A DNA stretch of 64,000 nt from Podarcis muralis (Eukaryota). A program made the translations under genes and the position numbers. The notes under the pieces were generated by a model. The model was not told where the DNA came from, ran no database searches, and worked only from the letters and a program-made list of their open reading frames with translations. Shown in pieces: positions 48,081 to 61,892 of this stretch (its first letter is position 1; each line of letters begins with the position of its first letter). Location of the stretch: contig NC_135663.1 of the NCBI RefSeq assembly GCF_964188315.1, positions 52,576,001 to 52,640,000 of the forward strand, written 5' to 3'.

Positions 48081-51000
48081 CTCAGGAGGTGAAAGCATTC
48101 TAGTGCTCTGCTATCCCTGGAAATGTGTTGGGTTGAAATAAACGACAGACGAATGACAAGTGTCATATGGGAGGCATCTGTCGAGCATGTCTCGGGGAGT
48201 CCCTTTTATTGAATATTACAGCATTGCCACATATGTGCTTGTTGCTGATTGGTTAACACAAATACAATGCAAGGGTTGCATATAGACATTAATCATCAAT
48301 AGATTAAAGGTTGGGAAAGGGAGCACAGAATTGGACAGGTATGAAAACCTCCCCATTAAACCACCACTAATGATTGACACAACAAAACCCAAAAGAGCAC
48401 AACCACCGCACTCCGTAGATGTGGCCAACCATGCATCAAGAACAGGTCAGGATACGATGTTTCATGACCTCAATGTGAACTAATCATTCTAGGGTGGGTG
48501 AGGAAGGAATGCTTCAGCTTAGAGCGGTTTGCCAGAGTCATGTGCAGAAGAAAAACTTCCCATCAGAAATGAGGTAATGTTTTCATGTAGCGGTGTCTAA
48601 GGCACTGCATGGAGAAAAGCTATGGCTGCATTCATGGGCTCATGATTAAAAACCATTGAACCACCTTTTATCAATGTCAATTTACTAAGAACTCCAATTG
48701 AAGGTCAAATGACTTTGTCTTGAATTTTTTCCTTAGTTTGGTAGAAAGAGGTCCAATGGGGGTAGTCTTAGTAAGAGGCTACAGCTATGTCTACTTGAGC
48801 CCTTTCAGTTTGATAATTGGTGCAAGAAATGCAGAGGCCAAAGAGCCTTGTGGAGCCATTAGTAGTAATGTATGGCAGTATGAACCATATAAGAATGAAG
48901 TTCAGCATTATGGTCAATGAATGCTTCAGCCAGACCTATTAACTTGTGGGATACATTAAGCTGAATTAAGCCCACCAGCACTCATTGTCGGTGGTCTGTG
49001 AGATGTTTCACTGACTCAAAATTTTGCAGTCGAAAGCCATTCACCAGCTGTTGTTGTGGAAGATGTTGTTTTTAGATTGCCTAGGAAGACTAGCAAGTTG
49101 CATAAAAATACGATCTGGGCCCTGCCGTTGCCTTCCAGTCTGAGTTAGACCAGTGTAGGAGGACAGATGGATGTCAGAAAATAAGCAGTTTGAGTCTTAG
49201 AAGGCAGCAAGGAAGTCAAGGAATGGAGAGGGAAGTCTTGGGTTTATGAAGAAAGGATAGGAGAACACAAGGTTGAGAGAATGAGAGAGAGTAGATAGAT
49301 TATTCCAATCAAGGGAGTGGGGGCACTAACAATAGTGGAAGTGCTTAAGTTTTTCATGGAATGTGTTTTAATAGAATACAAGTAGAAAAAGCAGTAAAGG
49401 GAAGTAACATGGTCATCAAAATGAGCAGGACACATCTGGATAACCTGACGAATTCAAGATTACCGAAGGTGGCTTGAAAGGAGAAGCTGGAAGTTCAGGA
49501 GAAAGAGTGTTCTAGAAATCACCTATGGCTGTGGCAAGGGTAGCTAACTCAATTACACTCTAGTTCCCATCATCCCTGACCATGGGATGGCTAGGATCTC
49601 TGGGATTTGTAATCCATCAACATCTGGAGGGCCACAGGCTCCCCACACCAACTTAAATTTAAGAATATATGCATACACGGTATATTGTTAAGGGATGAGA
49701 TTGAGGAAGGTTGGGGTAGAAACAGGTTTAGTATCAAAGCAAAAAGATTAGTTCATCACATCACCCCACAGCAGGTCAGTGTCCTTAGATTAAGGGACAC
49801 TTTGTGTGTTTCACCCCAGCACACCCAGGTGTGCCACAAAGTGTACATTTGAAAAGAAGTCACAAGTCAGCCTTGCCACATTCACAATGTACATCTTTAG
49901 GTAAACATTTAAGCTAGTCTTAAGGGTACACCTTTAAAATGTTATAATGGGCTTACATTAAAGCTGCAGCACAACAGATATCAATAAAATTACCATCTAA
50001 AACTAAAACATTATGACACTTAATAAGTAGTGGAGTGTCACACATAAAAAAGCTGTTTGAAATTAAAAGGGTTCATTTGAAAGGCAATAGTATAGGAGCC
50101 ATACACATCTCCTTTGGGAGGAAATTCCATGACCACGGGGACACTACTAAAAAGGCCCTACCTCTTACCTAATAGTTATTAATATTAGCATTTAGAATGC
50201 CACAATTTAAAATGTCTGTCCTTGTCTCTCTTATTCAAAATATCACAGGAGCACGGTCTTAAAGTTATGAGCACAAGAAAACTTTAAACCTTTGCCTAAG
50301 AGCGATGGCAGAGCTGAGTTATGTTAATAGAAATAGCTTCTGTTCCGCTGTAACACTATAATTAATAACCTCACCATTAGCAAGTGGTCTTTTCAAATAG
50401 GACGGATAACATAATATCCAGTTTCCTATTTTTAACTTTTCCTTTCATCTGTCTTTAGCTGCGCTATCTGCATAACTTGATGTCCCATTATTCAGAAGTT
50501 GTGCAATTGCTCAGTGACCTCATTAACATCCTTATCTTTTTGCTGGTACATTGTATGTTTGAGGCCTGCCTGGTTATTATCTTCGTCACCCCAGAGCTTA
50601 AGGCATTCCTATCTTTGCCACACATGTCTCGGGCACAGCCGCTATCTGCAGTCTGCATGCGCTAGCTATCTGACATTCGCTACATGTGCAAGGCTCCAAT
50701 GGAATGAGGATGGGTCGAAAGGAAGAGCAATCCATTCTCTTGATGCCATGCATGTCCTCGCTTAAACTTTTGAGAAGGGCATGGAAATGTTAATGGGGCA
50801 GGGAATATTTTAACCTTGTCGTCATTTTATTTCTTTTTTTTTAGAAATGGAGAAGGGCAGAGGAACAAAAAGGTTATGACTTTTCCATCTCTCATCATTG
50901 CAGCTGAAAAATAAGAGGCTTGTTGAATTTTCACTTCCTGATTCGACGTCGAACTTTCAACAAAAGTAAATTGCCATATTAGGTTGCATTTATGAGCCCT

Positions 51001-52500
51001 TTCTTATTTTTCTTTCCTGCATGCAAAAATTATGGGACTGCCTCTGTAAGGAAGATAAATAGTGAGGATCGCAAATAATAGTTTAGATAATGAGAGGGAC
51101 AAATGGGTTTAATTAGAGTAGCTGGTATAACACACGCTAATGGGAAAAATGACAGTGTGTTCACAACTGCTAAGCATGCTCAAATGGTTTGAACACAGAG
51201 CTATCTGAGCATCTTCACTAGCCTCCATTGATGCATATGCAGGATATACACATTCTCTATAGGGTGTTGGGCAAATGTGATATCTTAGCAACAGAACATG
51301 CCAGGACTGTGCACAAAAAATGAGTAGTAACCACACTAGTATTATAGCTTGAAATGAACATCCGAAAAGCCCTTTGTCCTTTGGGCATGAAAGCAACCCC
51401 AGCTATTAAATCCTTTAGGGGAAACTGCACAAGGCCTTTGAATTCACAGTCTTGTCTTTAGCCCATAACTGAGGTAAACACTGAAAACATTCCCTTTTCC
51501 CCTAACCGAAATTTGGTTTGCCTCACTATTAATTTACCAAATGTTCAGCCATTCGCTACATCAGTGGGGCAAAATGAAACAAGGATCACAGAGCTTATTA
51601 ACTTGATATAATTATGTTTCGATGCATCATATCCATTCAACAGTTTCTCAGATAAATGGGAGGCAGGACTAATTGAGCTGCCTGCCATCTTTGATGTTCA
51701 CACTCTGTAAGATAGGCTTCCTACTATCTCAAAATAGAAACAAGCCATACAAATCATGAAAAAGTGGCTACTCATCATTGGATAACTACTGGAATTAGTC
51801 CCATTGAACAGATCTAGAGTAACTGGTTAAATTTTTGTGTTACATTACAAAAAAGAAAAATCAAATATTACAGAGAATTCAGCTAAAGCAAATGCAAACA
51901 ATGTAAAAGCACTTCTCAATTAAAACATTCCTTAATCTTGTTATAATTTCTTAGTGCCTCTGGCTACAATCCTGTTGATGGTTAAATCACACTAATCCTG
52001 CTGACTTCGATGAGATATAAGCAGCCTAATCGTGCAGCCTCTGGACTTGGATGCATTTTGCTAATACAGTTCCTCTCCAGGAATATAAATGACTTGTGGG
52101 CACAGTTGCAATTTGTTTAACAAGTTGGCAACTTTGCATGTCAGTCTTGTAAGTCCCTTTATAATGTGCCACACTTGCATGACTGCTTAATACTGCTGAA
52201 CTAAGACGGCCTTGCCTTTCTAGATGATGCCAGGTGTACCTTGCACCATTAGAGATGGGCTGTGGAGCAATTGCCATTAATGCACAAGGAAAGGAAGCAA
52301 AGCTGAAAAGCTATCATAGGCAAATTATTCTCCATGTGCTCATCATTCTTTATTTAATAACTCATTTAATGCCAACATCTGGGGAACAGGCAAACCACCT
52401 GAGTCTCTCCCAGCAAAAAGTGCTACTGTTTATAATTAAACTTACCTTTGGGTTTTCATTAGAAAGTGAACTCTGCGATCCTTGCATGCTGTGTTGCAAA

Positions 52501-52820
52501 CAGAAATGGGGGTGAATTTCAATTCAGTTCATGTTTAAAGGCAAACCTATCTAATTTTCCCTTTCCAAAACAATGCACAAAAAATTGCACTTCTCTGAAT
52601 ATGCAGTACAATTCTCCAGTCAAGTAATGTGTACCAAAATGCATGTACTAGGTGCGGTGTGTATAAATATGCATACAAAAATGCGTATATTATGAGACAT
52701 TTGCACTAAAATGCTGGTGAATTTTTACGAGGATTTTTAAAAACAATAATGCACAAGTCGATGTGAAAATGTGGAGAACAGAAATTAAGATTGGAAAATG
52801 AGAAACTGAGCTGACCGGAC
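52501..52820 (+). mobile_element. Repeat family C copy
   Basis: Shared blocks with the other three copies. Confidence 0.6.
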
Positions 52821-54745
52821 AAATGCTAGAACATTAGCAGTGGCAAAGTTTTTATCGGTGGTTGCAAGAACAAATAATCCCTATATTCTGAACAAAATGC
52901 TTGTTTAACCTGGAGGTAGGCTGTATGAATTGTGTATTGTTTTGTAATGATTTGTTGGGTCTCTGGACTGTAATAAAGATTGATGATGATGATGATGAAA
53001 CTGAGCTGACCTAAAATTGATATTTGCCCACCCATAGTTGCAAGGACTAAAATTTAGTCCCTAAATTAACATTATTAATGCCAGATAACAATCTAATAAA
53101 ATTAGATAGAAAAGCCAGCCCTTGTTCTGCAGCGTGAGAACAACGTCCATGCAGAAACAGAATCCCAAAGCCTTCTGCATATTTTAGGCTTACTAATTTA
53201 TCCAAAATCTTTATGCACCCTTGAAAAACAAGGTTTTCTGGACAGCTGAAAAATCAGAATAAAACAAAACAAAAAAGTGGAGTATAAAACAAAATTATCA
53301 GCAACACCAAGGAATAAACTAAGCAGGTAATGGGCTCAAAAATCATGAGTTTAAAAGGCCTGGGAGGAGGAGGAGGAGGAGGAGAAGAAGAAGTCGTCTT
53401 CACATGGCAGTGACAAGACTACAATGTAGGTGCCCAGTGATCCTCTCTGGGGAAGGCATTCCATGACTGGTGATCACAAGGGTATCTGAAGGTGATCTTT
53501 TATGGTGGACCAATTCACTTAAAAAAATAATAATCCAACATGTTGTTTTCCTGTATACTGAGCCCCAGTGCACATAACTGTTGGGCATGTGATGATAACC
53601 AGCACTGCGGAAGGGACCATATGATTTGCATATAGGGCAGGAGAGATGGTTTCCATATGTAAGATCCCAGGTCTGTTTGATTGCATCTTGGACCAAAGGC
53701 AATAGGGAAGATGTCTTCAGAGAGCCTCTGCCAATTAGGGTGTATACACTTATCTGGAACATGTGTGCTCCACCTTCTCAGATGCTCAGTGAAGCCATCA
53801 GAAAGAGTAAAAGAGAAAATAACCATCACAACAAATCACTCTGCAGTAAAAGTAACAATACAGACACTGAGAACAAAAATTCACAAATGCCTGCAAGCTG
53901 CAGCACTAGATCACCTAAAGGACCACATAGCAGGAACATGGCCAGCTCAGCTTCTGAAGCTTGCCTAAAAATATATGACTGGCAAAGCTTCCTAAATCTT
54001 CACAGGAAAGCACACTGGCAAACTTCCTGCAGCATTTCTTTCCAAAGCCTCAGAGCTCTTACAGAATAGGAGCTGCTTTTCTCCATCACCTAATCTTTTT
54101 TGGATATTTATTAATATTTTATTGCTTAGTGGCATCAAAAATACATAGAAAATTGATGTGCTGACAGTTATCAAAGACACAGAAACAATATAAAACATGG
54201 GACTCTGTTAAATGACTTGAATTAAATTTACATGAAAAATGGATGCAATTTCCCATAATGCTCCAATGATGAAAGGTATAAAAAAGGCCTTCCATGAATG
54301 AAAAACTCTTTCCATGTGGAAGGACACCAAATTAGACCCAATCCAATGTTTATTTACCATTTGCCCCAAAAGACTGAAGAGTTCCTTTTGGATTTTGTGT
54401 GTCTAATACTTCCAGCAAACCCTTGAAATAGAAATGGCAATTTGGATATTACCAAATTTGAATAATTACCAAATTACTTAATATGGTAATTAAGGCTGCC
54501 CTCACCACTGCCACTCAGTCAGCTCCAAGGCTGGCGGAAGGTGCTTGGTGAGCAGAGGAAGGCTGGGTCCATAGTAGCAGCAGCAGCAGCAGCAGCAGCA
54601 GCCAGGACCAGGCATAAAATGCCTTCATTACGTATCATTCTTCATCATCCTGGCCACATACAGAAGTCCCCCCCCCCCCCCCGAATGTTGGTGGTTGCAC
54701 AATCCAGTAGATATAATGCTGGGGTGTGCGGAAACCTGTTGGAAT

Positions 54746-55235
54746 GATTGGGAGCGGCCGCCGAGACCATATAACACCGGTCCTGAAAGACCTACATTGG
54801 CTCCCCGTACGTTTCTGAGCACAATTCAAAGTGTTGGTGCTGACCTTTAAAGCCCTAAATGGCCTCAGCCCAGTATACCTGAAAAAGCGTCTCCATCCCC
54901 ATCGTTCTGCCCAGACACTGAGGTACAGCTCCAAGGGCCTTCTGGCGGTTCCCTCACTGTGAGAAGTGAAGTTACAGGGAACCAGGCAGAGGGCCTTCTC
55001 AGTAGTGGCGCCCGCCCTGTGGAACTCCCTCTTATCAGATGTCAAAGAAATAAACAACTATCTGACGTGTAGAAGACATCTGAAGGCAGCCCTGTTTAGG
55101 GAAGTTTTTAATGTTTGATGTTTTTGATGTTTTATTGTGTTTTTAATATTCTGTTGGGAGCTACCCAGAGTGGCTGGGGAAACCCAGCCAGATGGGTGGG
55201 GTAATATTATTATGATTATGATTATGATTATTATG
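54746..55235 (+). mobile_element. L2 LINE 3' fragment
   Basis: GSGRRDHITPVLKDLHWLPVRF...; same family as 25852-26716; (ATT/ATG) tail. Confidence 0.92.
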
Positions 55236-58200
55236 AGTATGGTGTAGAACAGGTGTGGGGATGTTTTGGTTCTTCAGATATCACTGAACTACAGTTCTCA
55301 GCATCCCTGGTCATTGGCCATGATTCTTGGGGCTGACGAAAGTAGTAATTCAGCAACTTCTGGAGCAGAGGTTGCTTGGTGGTGAATCAGTGTGAAGTAA
55401 ATGGAGAAGGACTTTCAGTAAAGGATTTTTTTGTAAGAAGCTAAACTCTCTCTCTTTTTGAAAAAGTTTTCCTGATCTAGTTGGTTGAAAACTGAATGCT
55501 GCACTAAACGGACCTTAGTTTGATCCAGCAAGACAATTCTTGTGTTATTAACCCTGATAGTTTATTACACTTCAGAAGTCAAGATCCATCTATATCTATG
55601 GATATAATAATCGGCTGCACCACTAAGTTATTGTTTCAGCCCAACGTGAAGAAGCAATTCTAATTTCCTATGGTGATGATGAATCAAAATGTTTGCTGCT
55701 GCTCTTACACCTTTCACATTTCATTTCTGAGTCGGATGATACTCCTGGCATTTCGAAAACAACAATAATGACAATTTATGCTCTCAGAGAAGGGCAAGAT
55801 GGCCGTCTTTCTTCTATATATTGCTACTGGAGCCTTCTGAGGCATTTCGGCTTCTATTATACATTTCAAAGGAAAGCTGATAGGATATTTTCTCTACTTC
55901 TAGCCTAGGCTATAAAGCGTGGCCAAGGTGTGCATCCAAATAATAACCAGTCACCAAGACTGCACAGGATTTAAATGCTACAAGGTACTTGAGACAATTT
56001 CTGATGAATGAGGAGCAAAAAACTCCAGTAAAGAGTTCTTTTAGTTAACCCTATCATAAGCAGTAATATGACTTCATAGCTGATAAGGTCATTTACTCAT
56101 CGGTCGCTTGCTTCCTTGGCATTTGGCAAAGCCCTGTGTGTCGTCTCTTCTAGAGGGGGTGTGAGAAAAGATGCAGTTCAAAGGGTAATATCACAGAAGT
56201 CATGTACAGAATAGTGGAGCTGTGTTCTCAGAGTTGCCCCATATTACCAATTACTAGTAGTTTTTTTGAACATTCAGATATTTTCTGATGGAGATGAGAG
56301 TGGCCTAATATCCATTAAACATACACCTTTTTTCAGGTATTGTGGTCCATGCACTTAACAATAGTGTGCCATCACATCTCTGAGGACCTACTCCACTGTT
56401 GACCATATGCTGGGGCCAAAGGTCTGGTGTGGGCAGCCTGTTAAATAGTTCATGATTCTAAATCATATATATAACCTACATATGTGTTGCAGGCTGCCTT
56501 CAGAACTTCACCCCTACTGCCCAGACAAAGGTGTGGCAGGGCTGTTGGGGCTGTTGGGGCTGTTGAGGTGGGTGGAGTCAGAGAGTTCAGCCCCACTTTG
56601 CCTTCCAGGGTCATGACACTGTTCCCTTCCTCAAGAGCACCCCCCCTGAAAGGGACAAAGCCTGGCTTGTTGGGATATCACTGGGGAATCATTGCATCAG
56701 TCAAGGGGCATGGATATTCGCCACAGGTTGCAGTACCTATTTTCCTTAGTCCACAACCTTTCCAGACTACAATACATTGTAGCAGGCAGCTATGTAGATG
56801 GGAGTCCAAGATGTTGTAGACTTCAACATCCATGATTACAGGAGGTGAAGTCTCTTGTTGTATGTAGGGTTGAGTGTCTGGAATAGCTGGGGGTGATGGA
56901 AAATAGGACGCACCTTTATGGTATCAGGCAGAAAGAAGCGATAGACCACTGAATTAATCATTTGGATTATGAGGGAAGACCCAGGTATTGGTAGATCCCA
57001 TTTCTGGGTCACTGGGATAGTGTATCACACTACAAAGGAACTGTCAATGAAGCTGCTAGATGCTCCAGAGTGTTAGGACCTGTAGAAGCACCCTTTGGGG
57101 AGATGCAAAAGTATGGGGAGACACAGATGGTGTTCTGAAGCATATCCTTGGTTCAGCTGCTACAAGGTTCTAGTAGGCAATCCCATTTTTTTCTGTGCCA
57201 AAAAACCATGCTGATGTTCAATGTACAGTCCTACTTCTCTGTGTTATGTTCCTTCAGGGGTTTGTCTCCTGCAATTTTCCTCCCTACTAGGGCTATCCTA
57301 CCTGTGTCGCTGTTCCAGGACAGTCCACGCTGCTCTATCAAGAAATTCATCATCTTCCTTGCCATCCATTTCTCTTGGTCCTATGTGTACCGTGAGACAA
57401 CAAACACCCCTGTTTACAAGTCCTGTTCATGAGCTCCTAGAGGCTGCAATAAGCTAACTCCCCCAACACTCACATCATTGGCTAGCCTGGCTTCCTCTCA
57501 GCAGCAATCCTTCCTCCTCAGACCCTGGGCTCTAGCAGAACATGCCACCACACCCACAAACTCACAATCAAGCCTCAAAACAGCTCAGTCAAGCAAGCAT
57601 CCTTAACCTGAAAGACACAAGCTCACTCTCCTCAGTCTCCTCCACCAATCCCTCACAAACACCCCTGTTTACAAGTCCTGGTCACTTGCTCTCAGAGGCC
57701 GCAGTCAGCTAAATATAACTGCTGCTGATTAACTCACCTCCTCCATTTAAATGTACAGCTACTGTTGCTTTCTGGTAAATGATACAGACTTTGTAGCATA
57801 TGCCATGAATGGGAGATGTTCTTGTTAGCACTGATGCACACAAATTGTAGCAATACCTGTGGTTATGATGGCACTTTTTAGAATCACTGAGATCATGGGA
57901 ATTTCTGCAGGTACATGTATCAAAAGACTATCCAGTTTACATAATACTTTCCCCATGTGACCATGTATGTGTGTGGTCTTTAAGATAGGCATATGCAAGC
58001 CCTAAGCCCTATTATGTAGAAGAAAAGCAGCAACCGTGACATAATCTGAAACAGCTTTAAATTGTGAGATCATCTATTACAAATGGAATCTGCTTAATAT
58101 CATAACTACTAATAGTGAACTCAATTCTCCAAGTGCTGGTCCTTACGTAGACCAAATGGCACTATCCATTCCCAAGAGGCAGAAACCAGCAGGTTTGGGT

Positions 58201-58475
58201 GAAGTGTGAATGTTTGTGGAAATACAATTTAACTGGGGTGGGATAGAGGTTGAAGAGAGAGAGAAGAACTGAGGAGGTGGGGACCTCAAAAACAGTCCAT
58301 TGAGGACTGGCCATGCTCAGTGAACATGGAATATGAACCGTCTGTAGGAGGACAAATAGAAAGGGGTGAAGAAAGGAATCATGTATCCTGGAAATAGGTA
58401 TGGCTGGCACTCCATACTGAACTACTTTGTTGCTGTAATACCAATTAATAAGGCCTAGTCTATACATACTCATCA

Positions 58476-58839
58476 GGGACGCGGGTGGTGCTGTGGGTTA
58501 AAGCCTCAGCGCCTAGGGCTTGCCGATCGAAAGGTCGGCGGTTCGAATCCCCGCGACGGGGTGCGCTCCCGTTGTTCGGTCCCAGCGCCTGCCAACCTAG
58601 CAGTTTGAAAACACCCCCGGGTGCAAGTAGATAAATAGGGACCGCTTACTAGCGGGAAGGTAAACGGCGTTTCCGTGTGCGGCTCTGGCTCGCCAGAGCA
58701 GCGATGTCACACTGGCCACGTGACCTGGAAGTGTCTCCGGACAGCGCTGGCCCCCGGCCTCTTGAGTGAGATGTGCGCACAACCCTAGAGTCTGGCAAGA
58801 CTGGCCCGTACGGGCAGGGGTACCTTTACCTTTACCTTT
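58476..58839 (+). mobile_element. Sauria SINE, distinct CpG-rich variant
   Basis: Perfect 15-bp TSD TATACATACTCATCA (58461-58475, 58840-58854); intact A/B boxes; (ACCTTT)n tail. Confidence 0.95.
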
Positions 58840-60789
58840 TATACATACTCATCATGGGGTCAACAGTACCACTTCAAACTGCTTATGAAGGAACTGCATT
58901 CCTGAATCTTCCCCAAGTCTCTACACACAGAAAGGTAGCACCCTAGGGACAGGCAAGAGCTTAAACCCTTCCATTGACACATTAGTTTTCTACAAAAAAG
59001 ATGTATTATGGGAGAGTGGGAGGCTTTCAATCATGTGATTTGTCCACCTGCATTCTAAAGTGAAAAAGTCCAGGTATATTTTTTTGCTGAAGGGGGAAGG
59101 TGTAGTTTAGATCAAAGAAGCAAGCATATGTGATAAATGTGTCACCAGATGCCTAGAAAAGTGGTCATGGTGATTAACTTAGGCCATGAATGGGTCATGC
59201 TTTGCTCTGTTCTCTAGCTATGAGGGCATAGCTACTAACAAATGGACAATCCCATTTAGCTATGTCAATTGCCAGGTAAGATCAATCTCTTGTATCTGCA
59301 GACATCACGTTTATACATCATAAATTATTCTCAAATGCTTTTGTATTGAGCTAACATGCAAAAACGCTTCTCCTTCATCTGAATGACCTTGAGTACAGCT
59401 AAAACTTTTAGGTATTTAGAAAAATGGGAGCACCTTTTTCATTAAAAAGCTATGCTGACAAGGAGGAAATAATTAATCTGGCGAACAAGAAGTTTGTATA
59501 ACAAAGTATCCAGTAGGAGAGGGAAATGAATGACTGTAACTCTGAATATAACCGTATTATTCTGACATTTTCTATCTGACATTTTTCATTGGAGAAGGAT
59601 CTGTCGCAATGTGAAGTTTCCTTAATCAAAATTCAAACTTAATCTGATTATTTTTGGATGTGGCTGCTCCCCATCTTATCATCCTGTGAATGGATACTGC
59701 TGAATTCATATAAAACACTTTTCTTATATGCTGGCTCTGAAATTGGGAACAAATAATATATTCTTTTTCCTCATGTGGTCAACGTGACTAGAAGAATTTT
59801 GCAAAATCATCCGCATCCTCATTAAGTATGGTTTGGTGGGCTTTATAATCCTGCAGAGCAGGCAGACCCCTTCCATTTCATCTCTGTGATCATGGAAAAT
59901 AGTAGGGCAGAAATAATCTCCTTAGTCCCACATTATATTCAAATTTCATCCTTCACGTGCAATCCCCACCCCCCAAATAGCAGCTTAAATTGAACAGAAG
60001 CATTTTTCTTTTTTCTTTTGCCCAGGCATTTGCTTATGTGATTATGTGTTTGTTTCTCCCCCATCAAATCATTTCTGTTGGAATATTTGGGTGGGTTTTC
60101 TTTAATCCTCCATGTGCCCTCAAATCCCATCCTGTCAGTGCTTTTTTTTTTCAGGGGGTCCTCAAGAGTACATAGTACTGGCACCTCTTTTATTTTTTGG
60201 TCAAAAAGTGTAACAACTTCATGGTGAGTTCCGACAACTATTTTTTTAGAAAAAAAAGCACTGCATCCTGTCAAGGCAAGAATTAGAGGACAGGTAGGAG
60301 CTGCAATGCAGGAGGCGGAGGCAGGTGGCAGGAGTTGTGCCAGACCTGAAGGACAATGGCAGGAGTCAATGCTGAAGAACAGGCCACTCAGGCCCAACCC
60401 ACTCAAAGGAGTGCCCAATTGCTTGCCCATTCTCAGGACTCTTTCCCAGCCTGCTCTACAAAAGGATGAGGCAGGGTCTATGTCACTTGATGGCTTAACA
60501 TCTTAGCTTGTGCCTAACCAGGAAGCTCTCCTGCTGTATCTCTTAAACGTTGCCTTCTCTCATACCATACTGATTTGGGCAAAAACTAAAATCTGTGTTT
60601 GAGTACTTCAGCCAGTGAAAGCTAGGGCATATTTGGAAAAAACCAACCAACCAGCCAGCCAGTTTGAGGCTACTTTTAAAAATTGTTTGGAAGCCATAAC
60701 AAGTGAAGAATGTGACACCCCCCCCCCCCACATGTGAGCAGAGCAGTTCATTGGAGCAATATAAACACCAGCTATATAAGAATGGCACT

Positions 60790-61020
60790 GATGGTCTGCA
60801 CTCTAAGTCAAATTCATGGCACTTCTGTTGGCATACAAAGCTCTGGCTGACCTGGAACTGAAGCACTTTAAGGAGTGCCTCTTCCTTTATCAACATTTGC
60901 AATTTATTTTATGTTTAGGAAATGTTGTTGTGGTTTTTTATTGGGGTTTTTTTTGTCAGCTGCTTAGAGATTTTCCTTATATTCAGTGATATAAATATTC
61001 CATGAAACAAACAACCAAGC
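60790..61020 (+). mobile_element. Old L2 fragment
   Basis: Reads VKFMALLLAYKALADL..., similar to L2 QFKVLVLTFKALNGL; followed by a T-rich tail. Confidence 0.5.
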
Positions 61021-61283
61021 CTGCCTAGCCTCTGATAATAGAGGCCTTTCTGGAAGCCCCTATCAAGAACTAGGATGCATCAGGCAGTGAATTAGATGGA
61101 CTATTCTGTAGTGGAATTCCAGCTAGGGAACTCTATCTGACTGACATTGTATGGGCTTTGACACCAGCTGAAGACTTATCTCTTCACTAAGGCATCTTTG
61201 ATGAATGTTGCCCATTTGTAATGAGCAGCACTGTGATTATATTTTTACCTGATTTTCCCCTCAAGTATTTGTGTGGGTGGTGG

Positions 61284-61892
61284 TGTCCTGGACTGGCTGG
61301 ACACAGAAATGGTGGGGGACACTAGCTGGGGAACCCCCAAGTGAAGATGACTCGGAGTCCGGGGATTGGTGGTGGGATGATGTTGAGTAGTCAGAAGGAG
61401 AAGAGGAAGACTTCTGAGAGGAGGAGGTGTTGGAAGCTGGAGAGATAACAGGGTTTAGTAAGCAGGAAGAATCTGTGGCAGAGAGAAGTCCGGCATCAGA
61501 AGCAAAGGCCAGGAGAGAGGCCAAGTAGCAGAGATAAGTCAGGCTAGTGAAGAAGCCAGAGTGTCTCCTCCTCCTGCTGTGACAAGCTCCCCTCCTCAAT
61601 GGTTTCCCAGAACCAGAAGAGGTATGAAGAAGGAGGAGCAAAGACAGGTGCACTGGAGAAGTCTCAGATTTCTTGGGAAAGATCCAGAGGAGGAGGAGAC
61701 TTGGGCATCAATGGGAAGGCGGGAACCTTTAGTCTTCACAACTGCCTCATAGTGGCAAGATCTACCAAGAAGATTTGCTGTGCTCATTAGGCCTGGTACT
61801 CCTGAGCAGACATTGTTTCTTCTAATAAAGAGTTAACTTCACCTACTCCATGTGATTCATTGCTGAAATACTCCTGGCACCTGCTCCTGTTA
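61284..61892 (+). mobile_element. Solo LTR (609 bp), probably Gypsy-type
   Basis: Starts TGTC; perfect 5-bp TSD GGTGG (61279-61283, 61893-61897); AATAAA near 61824; right end decayed (CCTGTTA). Confidence 0.8.

Noticed and set aside
53626-54069. 147-aa ORF (also 19686-20192, 30082-30519, 59939-60430)
   Set aside because: No recognisable domain or viral motif; ORFs of this size are common by chance, and several overlap repeats.
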